Shown piece after piece: positions 18,881 through 26,401 of a stretch of DNA of 33,263 nucleotides. The notes under the pieces were generated by a model. The model made no database searches and had not been told where the DNA came from. It was given only the letters and a program-made list of their open reading frames with translations. The stretch's first letter is position 1. Each line of letters starts with the position of its first letter. The translations under genes were made by a program, and so were the position numbers. Origin of the DNA: Myxococcota bacterium (GTDB lineage: Bacteria; Myxococcota_A; UBA796; GCA-2862545); the NCBI GenBank assembly GCA_039208735.1, contig JBCCQY010000104.1:1-33263 (forward strand), given 5' to 3'.

Positions 18881-18946
18881 CGGTCCGTCACGCTCATAGG
18901 CCCTCGACTTCCTAGTGCTGAACAACACCAAGTTCTACATCGACAA

Positions 18947-19655
18947 GTTTCAATGCGCTCCATCACGCGCATGGGCCTGCAACCTCTGGACGGACGACGA
19001 TGGAGTCGTCACCCAGGCCGAGTTCGACGACCGGGTTTCAATGCGCTCCATCACGCGCATGGGTCTGCAACCCGATGTGGGTACTATCACCCACACTGGC
19101 GACCATACTGGTTTCAATGCGCTCCATCACGCGCATGGGTCTGCAACCTATGGCATCCGGCAAGGGTGCGGCTCATTCTACCGTTTCAATGCGCTCCATC
19201 ACGCGCATGGGTCTGCAACGCCTACAACAATGCGTTCGAGGCCTTCGTGCGTTCACGTTTCAATGCGCTCCATCACGCGCATGGGTCTGCAACCACCGAC
19301 AACAAGAAGACCGCGAAGAAGTACGTCAAGTTTCAATGCGCTCCATCACGCGCATACGCGCGCGACGATCGTAATGGGTCCCGAGGTGCCCATCGGCGTT
19401 CTGTTTCAATGCGCTCCATCACGCGCATACGCCCGCGACCATTGCATAAAGATAAGTCTCTACATCTTATCAGGTTTCAATGCGCTCCATCACGCGCATA
19501 CGCCCGCGACTCTGGAAGAAGCGGAAGGTTTCCCTGATCGCTCTCGTTTCAATGCGCTCCATCACGCGCATACGCCCGCGACGGTGATCAAGGGCTACGG
19601 CGAAGACGCCATCATGATGTTTCAATGCGCTCCATCACGCGCATACGCCCGCGAC
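18947..19655 (-). CRISPR. CRISPR array: 10 intact 37-nt repeats in two variants and 9 internal spacers, plus a degenerate trailer repeat (18872-18908) and extra spacer (18909-18946); no cas genes in the window
   Basis: Repeats start (+ strand) at 18947, 19035, 19111, 19183, 19257 (GTTTCAATGCGCTCCATCACGCGCAT-GGGTCTGCAAC) and 19330, 19403, 19474, 19546, 19619 (same 26 nt then ACGCCCGCGAC). Spacer lengths 38,51,39,35,37,36,36,34,35,36. Minus-strand repeat has an ATGCGC/GCGCAT hairpin and ends ATTGAAAC. Confidence 0.97.
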
Positions 19656-19878
19656 TGCGGCCCTTGAGATTGTAGGTTCCCAGCACTCTTCCAGCGCCGA
19701 AAACCGGAACCTCACCCCTGTTCACCCTCTCACCCCCTTGCAACGATCGCCAACGGCGTTCGCCGCTTGGGGATTTCCTACCATCAACCAGCGCTGTCAA
19801 AGAGCCGGAGGACCTCACGGGCCAACCGTTGTTTCCAGGACCCCCTGAGGTGTCCCGGAGCGTCCGAGGGCCATGGAG
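19656..19878 (-). promoter_or_regulatory. CRISPR leader
   Basis: Apparently non-coding stretch at the end opposite the degenerate repeat, downstream of a promoter-like motif. Confidence 0.65.
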
Positions 19879-19907
19879 ATTGTAGATCAGCCGAACGTGA
19901 ACGACAA
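19879..19907 (-). promoter_or_regulatory. Sigma70-type promoter pointing into the CRISPR array
   Basis: Minus strand reads TTGTCG-17 nt-TACAAT. Confidence 0.55.
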
Positions 19908-19941
19908 CTCGCGGTCATCGACCTGCGTCCTTGGGAATGGC

Positions 19942-20030
19942 CTAAGGTTCTTCGCCTTCGGGGCGCTTCCGCAGCGCCTTGAGCAGCTTGCCCAGCTCCT
20001 CGTTCCACTTCGCTACGTCGTAGACCGTAG
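19942..20030 (-). pseudogene. Orphan 3' end of a gene (VYDVAKWNEELGKLLKALRKRPEGEEP*)
   Basis: Strong GC3 codon bias only over the last ~30 codons; amphipathic helix reminiscent of a TIR-domain C-terminus. Confidence 0.4.
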
Positions 20031-20084
20031 GTCGTGAAGGCACAGGAGCAACAACGGCTACACAGCCACGAACCAAGTCGGGGC

Positions 20085-21530
20085 CTATTGACCTGGGGCG
20101 TACCGCCGTTGTGGCCTTTGTCCGGAATCGGTCCATTCCTTTACTATAGACTCGATCCCCCATTGGCCTGGATGATAGCGCTGGTTACAGATGCCTTCCA
20201 CGGTTTTTGAATTGGCTGGACAGTATCGATCCAGCCTGCAGGACCTGCTCTTGTCGAGTTGGCCGCGCAGCTCCTTGGGAAAGAGAGTTCTCTCATCCCA
20301 ACAAAAATACTGCTCGATAAGCTTTCTTGAAAGTCCCTTTGCGTCTACGAGATTCGTTCCGCGGACGTCAATATCCTCCCCCCAAAGGACATCGTCAAAG
20401 ACAGCTTCTCTTAGGTCAGACTCAGCGAAGGAGTTGGTGTGGAGCCTTGCGGACGAGAAGTCGGCCGCCCGCATATCACTGGAGCAGAACGAACTTGCTG
20501 TTAGGTCGACCCCGCCAAAATCTGCGGAACTGCCATCAGAGCACACAAGGTTGAGATACAGAGCTTCGTCCTTGGCAGTGTTGCTGAAGTCCGCCTTCCG
20601 CAGGCTGCCTCTGAACATGTGCACACTAACGAAGGCACCTTCCCAGTTCGTATTGCTGAGGTCAACCCGAAAGAACCGAGTATGGAAGGTCACTACTCCC
20701 TCCAGTCGGGGACGAGCGGGCTCAGGACCAGTTCCGCTCTTGGTACCAAATATGAACCCGTGGCTGTTCCAGTCTTCGGCACCGCGTGAAGGTGTTCCTG
20801 GGCCCATCACCCACGCGTGGCCCAACGTAGCTTCACGAAAGTCAGTTCCATAAGGCAGAACCTCAATTAGCCTGGAGTTCGAGAGTTCTGCCGAACGGAA
20901 CGAAGTGTCAGCAATCGACGATTGGAACCATGTCGAGCCTTCGAGGTTCGCGCCGTCGAACCTCGCTGCTGTGAGGTCTCGACCGCTGACGTCAATTCCA
21001 CGGAGGTCGCCAGCAACCTGGATTCCCGCCAAGCTGTTTTCGTTGGAAGCATCAAATCGAAGCAGCTCGCGGAGAGCTGAACTCCTGACACCACTGAATC
21101 GGCTGCCCAACTCGTCGTCATTAGGTTGCAATCTTTCGAATAGCTCTGGCAGGCGACCTTGGTTGAACTGGTCGACAAGCGCTTTAGTTTGCTTCTGAAC
21201 TTCCGCCGTCTGCAGTCGAATCTCATTGGTCTGCAGCATGAGTGCCACAAACTCTCCAACCGCCAGCATCGAGACTGCAGCACTCAGCACCACGGTGACC
21301 AGCGTTGGAATCAGTAGGCGCATGGCCGCCGCACCCACGGTGTGAGTCAGCTCTCCGATTGGAAACGCTCGACCAGGATCATCGGGCTCGGCATGGGCCC
21401 ACTCTCTCAACTTGTCCCTCAGGTCATCCAGCGATCGCATGACCTCGCTGCCAATTACGCTGTTGAGTAGAAACCGCACCAGTTCGCCTCCCAAGACGGA
21501 AGCGTACACAAACGCGGAGCCTGGGACCAA
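20085..21530 (-). CDS. Membrane-anchored pentapeptide-repeat protein
   Basis: Hydrophobic segment LLIPTLVTVVLSAAVSMLAVGEFVALML, then many A(D/N)(L/F)xx repeats (ARFDG ANLEG, ADFSS, SDLRE, TNLVD). Start codon uncertain (TTG); lower GC3 than phage core genes. Confidence 0.8.
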   Translation of the reverse strand: MVPGSAFVYASVLGGELVRFLLNSVIGSEVMRSLDDLRDKLREWAHAEPDDPGRAFPIGELTHTVGAAAMRLLIPTLVTVVLSAAVSMLAVGEFVALMLQTNEIRLQTAEVQKQTKALVDQFNQGRLPELFERLQPNDDELGSRFSGVRSSALRELLRFDASNENSLAGIQVAGDLRGIDVSGRDLTAARFDGANLEGSTWFQSSIADTSFRSAELSNSRLIEVLPYGTDFREATLGHAWVMGPGTPSRGAEDWNSHGFIFGTKSGTGPEPARPRLEGVVTFHTRFFRVDLSNTNWEGAFVSVHMFRGSLRKADFSNTAKDEALYLNLVCSDGSSADFGGVDLTASSFCSSDMRAADFSSARLHTNSFAESDLREAVFDDVLWGEDIDVRGTNLVDAKGLSRKLIEQYFCWDERTLFPKELRGQLDKSRSCRLDRYCPANSKTVEGICNQRYHPGQWGIESIVKEWTDSGQRPQRRYAPGQ

Positions 21531-21890
21531 CTTGAGAGTTCACAGTTCGACAAGCGTGTGTGCGCCTAATCCAGTGCGATGTCGCGGACTTCCCCAGTTT
21601 GGGCCTTTCACCAATTCTGCGGCCCGTTGCGGCATCAGAGGGCGGCCATGCCAAGGTTCACATGCCCAAGAGGAGGACGGACACTCACCAGCTGCTATGC
21701 ATTCACCTCACCTGCCACGAGTGGGATGACCGGAGTAGAGGCACGAATGCTCGTCCTTCTCCGGCGACATCCACTCATGCGGCTTCGGCAGCTCGGCCAC
21801 GGCACCTCCCCGGGGATTGTGGCACGACGGAGGCCACGCCCTGTGAACTGGCACGACATGCAACCGCGGTAGGCTTTGCCTGGAGGGTGC

Positions 21891-23066
21891 ATGGCGCGAC
21901 GCGCAGGGCACGTGTTCATCAGCTACAAACGCGAGGAGGCGGACACAGCGCGGATGCTGCGCGATGCGCTCGAGGCGGACGGCTTCGCCACGTGGTGGGA
22001 TGAGGACATCCAAACCGGGCAGCAGTGGGCGCAGGCGCTGGACGAAGCCGTGAAGGGTGCAACGGCGATTGTGGTGCTGTGGTCGAAGCGATCCGTGGGG
22101 TCGAAGTGGGTGACGCATGAGGCGAGCGTCGCGTTGGCCCACGACAACTACGCGCCGGCGCGCATCGAACTGGTGGCGATTCCGACGCCGTACGACCGGG
22201 TGCAGGCGACGGACCTGCTGGAGTGGGACGGTGATACCGAGCACGCAGGGTACGTGTCGCTGGTACGGCGGTTGGATGAGCTGATGCCCATGCCTACGCG
22301 ATGGCCGGTCAGAGTGGGCCGCTGGTTGTGGGGGAACGCTGTGGCGATTGCAGCAACGGCAGGGTTGTTGACAGTGCTGGTCGCCACCTTCCAGGTGCTC
22401 CAGCGGATCCAAGAAGAAGCGAGTAAGCCCGAACTCGTCCGGATGAGCGACGCCATTTGGCCAGAAGGCCTGTGCCACAGCTCAATACCGCACGCTTCGA
22501 CGCTGGTAGAGCAGTTTGTGAGAGATGAACGCTCTCTTGCGGTCGCTTGCCTCACCGGCGCCGACCTCCGAACAGCCAACCTCAACGGGGCCATCCTCCG
22601 ACATGCCGACCTTAAGGAGGCCGACCTCACCAGGGCTGACCTCAAGGAGGCCGACCTCACCTGGGCCAACCTCCACAAGGCCGACCTCACCTGGGCCAAC
22701 CTCCACAAGGCCGACCTCACCATGGCCAGACTCATCAGGGCCGTCCTCGAACACGCCCGCCTCATCAGGGCCCAGCTCACTGAGGCCAACCTCACCTCGG
22801 CCAATCTTCACGGAGCCAGCCTCACAGGGGCCGACCTCCAATCTGCCAAACTCGACGGGGCCGTCCTCACACATGCCGACCTCACCAGGGCCGACCTCCA
22901 ATCGGCCAACCTCAACGGGGCCGACCTCCGACGGGCCAACCTCACCAACGCGAGGCGATTTCCCGATGACCCACCGATCCAAGGCTGGACCACGACGAAC
23001 TGCGAACCACGCTTCGATGGCGACATCTCCGTCTGCCTCACCCGCGCCGAGCCCCCCAGGGAATAG
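21891..23066 (+). CDS. TIR domain - transmembrane helix - pentapeptide-repeat protein
   Basis: GGAGG before ATG 21891. HVFISY...WWDEDI..G..W...IVVLWSKRSVGSKWVTHEA with the catalytic Glu position kept; TM AVAIAATAGLLTVLVATFQVL; long run of regular A(D/N)Lxx repeats. Confidence 0.92.
   Translation: MARRAGHVFISYKREEADTARMLRDALEADGFATWWDEDIQTGQQWAQALDEAVKGATAIVVLWSKRSVGSKWVTHEASVALAHDNYAPARIELVAIPTPYDRVQATDLLEWDGDTEHAGYVSLVRRLDELMPMPTRWPVRVGRWLWGNAVAIAATAGLLTVLVATFQVLQRIQEEASKPELVRMSDAIWPEGLCHSSIPHASTLVEQFVRDERSLAVACLTGADLRTANLNGAILRHADLKEADLTRADLKEADLTWANLHKADLTWANLHKADLTMARLIRAVLEHARLIRAQLTEANLTSANLHGASLTGADLQSAKLDGAVLTHADLTRADLQSANLNGADLRRANLTNARRFPDDPPIQGWTTTNCEPRFDGDISVCLTRAEPPRE
22651..22721 (+). 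repeat. Exact 30-bp tandem duplication within pentapeptide repeats
   Basis: CCGACCTCACCTGGGCCAACCTCCACAAGG twice plus a partial third copy. Confidence 0.9.
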
Positions 23067-23116
23067 CGTGGCGCCAAGGCCGACGGCGGGTGAACGCCAA
23101 AGCCCCGCGCCACCGT

Positions 23117-23300
23117 TCAGACACCCGTGACCAGCGCACGCCCAGCCACCACCCGAACCGACCGCATCGGGTGCGGGTACCGATCCTCGGCGTTGCGGTG
23201 GGCGAAGTGCACAACGTCGTCGTCGTCCTCGAGTGCCCTCTTGAGGTCATCGTGAAAGTGTGCACGGGCTTTCGCCTCATCCGCGATACTCGACCCGGGG
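23117..23300 (-). pseudogene. Start-less 3' gene fragment (…IADEAKARAHFHDDLKRALEDDDDVVHFAHRNAEDRYPHPMRSVRVVAGRALVTGV*)
   Basis: Open GC3-biased frame ending TGA at 23117. Upstream it hits a stop at the AlbA gene start without meeting a start codon. Confidence 0.45.
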
Positions 23301-23321
23301 GCTGATCTGCAAGGAGGCTAG

Positions 23322-24551
23322 ATGCTCTTTGGCAAGCTTGCGAAGGATCTGGAACGTGGCGATGTGGACGCCCTAATCGACAACGCAGTCTCGGAGGGGC
23401 GACGACTCGATTACAAGCTGACCTTACCTGGCACCAAGAACAGTGATCGGAAGGAGTTCATTGACGACGTATGCTCTCTAGCGAACGCTGGTGGCGGTCA
23501 CATGCTGTTCGGCATCGACGAGGAAAGGGATGCCTCCGGAAAGAGCACAGGTCGCCCCCGCTCTGCATCCGGTCTCGGAGGGATCAATCGGGATCAGGAA
23601 GTACTGCGACTTGACTCGATGATCCTGACCAACATCTCTCCTCGAATCCGCCATCGATGGCGGTTCATAGACGGTTTCGCTGAAGGGCCTGTCGCAGTTC
23701 TTGAGGTGGACCGCTCCTGGGTCGGGCCGCACATCACGACGCATAGTGCAAGCAGGTTCCCGATGCGTGGCGGCGCAGGGAAGTACCACATGGACATCGA
23801 CCAGATCCGTGCCTCATTCATTTCTACGGCTTCGACCTCTGAGAGGCTTCGTTCCCTGCACGAAGAACAAATCGCCCTCAATGCTCAACGTGACTTACCA
23901 ATCGCGCTCGAGGGCCCGTTTCGCGTGTATGTGCACCTTCTGCCATTGTCTCTCGGAGCCGAAGTCGGACGACAGATCGATCCCCAAGACTGGGGTGAGC
24001 AAAGGTCTAAACTTGCTCCATTGGGCGCATCTGGTTGCAACTACCGCTACAACATCGACGGATACTTGACCTTCGCCAGAAACCCCTACGAAGCTGAGCA
24101 GTCTTCCTATCGTAAGGCCCAGCGTTCCTACCTACAGGCCTTTCGGCAAGGGACGTTGGTGTCTGCTACCTGCCGGTACGTGACCATGAGAGACGACGTG
24201 TGGTACATCCCATCGTCGCTGTTCGAGAAGGACGTCATGCGCTTCGTCCACCAGAAGCTCAGCGTCATGGCAAACGTTGGGGTCGAGCTGCCTATCGTGG
24301 TGTTGGTGTCGCTGGTCAACATGCGTGGTGTTCGGCTGGCGATAAGTAACTATGCCCCGATTAAAGAGCAGGGAGAACCCATCGACCGAGAGGCCCTCAC
24401 CTTGCCGGAGGCCCTGTTCGAGGAAGTCCCTCCGGACGCCCTAGCCGCGGCCCGTTTGCTTCGCCCGCTGTTTGATGGCTTGTGGCAGGCGTGCGGACAC
24501 CCCGAATGCTTGAACTATGACCCGGATGGAAACTGGCGGGAGAGTCCGTAG
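23322..24551 (+). CDS. AlbA_2 / Schlafen-like domain protein
   Basis: AAGGAGG RBS. SEGRRLDYK, EFIDDVCSLANAGGGHMLFGIDE, PH and R.GAGK..MD..QIRASF motifs; ~240-aa unrecognised C-terminal domain. Confidence 0.88.
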   Translation: MLFGKLAKDLERGDVDALIDNAVSEGRRLDYKLTLPGTKNSDRKEFIDDVCSLANAGGGHMLFGIDEERDASGKSTGRPRSASGLGGINRDQEVLRLDSMILTNISPRIRHRWRFIDGFAEGPVAVLEVDRSWVGPHITTHSASRFPMRGGAGKYHMDIDQIRASFISTASTSERLRSLHEEQIALNAQRDLPIALEGPFRVYVHLLPLSLGAEVGRQIDPQDWGEQRSKLAPLGASGCNYRYNIDGYLTFARNPYEAEQSSYRKAQRSYLQAFRQGTLVSATCRYVTMRDDVWYIPSSLFEKDVMRFVHQKLSVMANVGVELPIVVLVSLVNMRGVRLAISNYAPIKEQGEPIDREALTLPEALFEEVPPDALAAARLLRPLFDGLWQACGHPECLNYDPDGNWRESP

Positions 24552-24562
24552 AGTTCGCCTTC

Positions 24563-24592
24563 CGGACCCGCGCTCGTAGAGGGACGGGTCCG
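24563..24592 (+). terminator. GC-rich hairpin after the AlbA gene (possible terminator)
   Basis: CGGACCCG...CGGGTCCG 8-bp stem 11 nt after the stop; no U-tract. Confidence 0.35.
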
Positions 24593-24972
24593 ACGGACGG
24601 TTGGCGGCATCTGTCGATGCAGGCGTCGAACCCGCGACGCAGGTTGTGGGGCGTGCTCGACCTGGAACGTCGTGTCGCGCACGGCACGAAGGCTTGGAGA
24701 ACATCATTTCCGACTGCGCTTCGAGGTCGACAAGCCCACTGGTTCAGGGTGTTCAAGTTGCTGGTCGTCGTCTTCTCGTTTGGTAGCTTCGCGACTGTCA
24801 CGCTTGGGGCTCTGTGGCCGCCCGTGTGTTCGTTCGTCCGCTGGTGCCTCGCTCCTTGACCCAATCCGGCAAACGCAGCAGGTCGGCGGGTATGGCCAAC
24901 CGGAGAGTTCCTGATGGCTCGCGCGTTGGATGCACCTTGGCATCCAACCTATCGTTCACATCGAATCCGCCG

Positions 24973-25833
24973 TCACTTCTCCCCCCTGCGGCGAGTGAAC
25001 AGCGGGCCCTGCGAGCCTTGCCGCTCGCGCCGTCGTAATTCCGCCGCAATCCCCTTTTGGAACGCGTAGACCGTCTGCTGCCGTTCCGATCCCGACGACG
25101 ACATCACGGTCTCTTCGCCAACCCAGCTCCACGCGTCGTCGTCGAGCAGCCCAACGCTCTGCAGCCGCTTCTTCATCGTCTGGGCGCTGCAGCCCTCGGG
25201 ACGCGCCAGCTGGCCCAGGCTTCGGATCGAAAACCGCTCGGGGATGCTCAGCGGCGGAACAGGCACCCCGTGAACGAGAAGCTGCCTCGCTGGCGCCGCG
25301 CCGTCACCAAGAGCGGGAACGCGGGTGTGCGGGAGCGTGGCGAATTGCTTGGCGAGGCCCGACACCACATGCGTGAGGCCCGCCACGGCCTCCGTCAACC
25401 TCTCCTGACCCTGCTCGAGCCGAGAGACTCGTGCCGCCAACGCGTCATCGTGGGTGGGACCGCCCGGCGTGTACTGCCCGGTTCGCGACAACTGGGGCAG
25501 GACCTCATCGGCGAGGAACCTGCGTAAGGCAACGCCGATGGGCTTGCGGGTCTTGATGAACACGAGGTTCCAGCCCGATTCGGTGAGAAAGAGCCTTCGC
25601 CTCATCTTTCCGTTCAGTCCTCCATTGGAGGACTGGCCATTGTGAAGGCGCAACCGATAGTCTCGATCTTCCACGAATTCGGCAGCCCACTTGCCCCGTA
25701 TGAGGTCGGTGAGGCGGTTGCGGCGGTCATAGCCCATCACCTCAGCGAGATGGCCTGCTTCGATCATGGGTTGGTTGTCGACTTGAAGGACCTCGAGGGG
25801 TTGGCCCTCGAACTCGAAGGTGAATTCAAGCAT
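24973..25833 (-). CDS. Bro-N domain antirepressor-like protein
   Basis: FEFEGQPLEV, LAEVMGY, FLTESG, RKPIG..LRRFLADEVLPQLSRTGQY motifs; GGAG 6 nt before ATG 25833. Confidence 0.88.
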   Translation of the reverse strand: MLEFTFEFEGQPLEVLQVDNQPMIEAGHLAEVMGYDRRNRLTDLIRGKWAAEFVEDRDYRLRLHNGQSSNGGLNGKMRRRLFLTESGWNLVFIKTRKPIGVALRRFLADEVLPQLSRTGQYTPGGPTHDDALAARVSRLEQGQERLTEAVAGLTHVVSGLAKQFATLPHTRVPALGDGAAPARQLLVHGVPVPPLSIPERFSIRSLGQLARPEGCSAQTMKKRLQSVGLLDDDAWSWVGEETVMSSSGSERQQTVYAFQKGIAAELRRRERQGSQGPLFTRRRGEK

Positions 25834-26048
25834 GGGGGACTCCACAGCTCAGTCGGGTCCAGCGCTGCGGTTCAGCGCCGGCGGGAAGGGGGAAGGGAGT
25901 GTGGCGGGAGGGGAGAGCACACCGGATGCAGGACGGAGCCCACAGGCGTCCGTCAGGCGCTCGAACGCCTCGTCCGTCGTGCATTGATGCGTCTGCCAAG
26001 CGGAAGAACAGCGGAAGATGACGAAGCACGTTGCTTCTGAACCAACAA

Positions 26049-26376
26049 CCTTCTTCCTTCTTCTTCTCTTCCTCTCCCCCAACCCCGGTCCGGTCCAGAC
26101 AGGGTCCGGGGTACGGTCCGACGTTGGAGACCGATGACAACAGTGTGGTCCGGAGGGTCCAGGGTTGGAATCGTTGTGCACTCCCTTGGGGTGTAGAGAG
26201 GGTGGCGCACCGCTCGGGAAGTGCGTGGGAATGCACGCAGACCCCTGCCCATCCGGACCAGGGTGGTGTCGTCTGCGCTCTTGCCCGGCCCAGCGTTTGG
26301 ACCGGGCGTGTCCGATGTCGGACCGTCGGTGACGATGCCCTGTTCATCGGCATCGCACAGGGAACGACCCCGGACC
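26049..26376. other. Putative phage replication origin (pyrimidine tract plus opposed GGTCC/GGACC pentamers)
   Basis: Within a ~570-bp gap with no credible gene, downstream of the primase. Six GGTCC at 26087-26160 and four GGACC at 26255-26376. Confidence 0.5.
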
Positions 26377-26401
26377 TGTCGGAGGAGAACGGCACCATCG
26401 G

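Noticed and set aside
18915..19667. 250-aa, 194-aa and 124-aa ORFs over the CRISPR array
   Set aside because: Artefacts of stop-free repeats and spacers; the translations just cycle through repeat frames.
24617..24859. 80-aa ORF with a hydrophobic C-terminus (possible small membrane protein or holin)
   Set aside because: No clear RBS, family motif or neighbouring endolysin; cannot be supported.
19656..24972. cas genes or a tracrRNA-like anti-repeat next to the array
   Set aside because: No Cas1/2/6/10, RAMP, RuvC or HEPN motifs and no partial repeat copy recognised by eye; an HMM search could overturn this.
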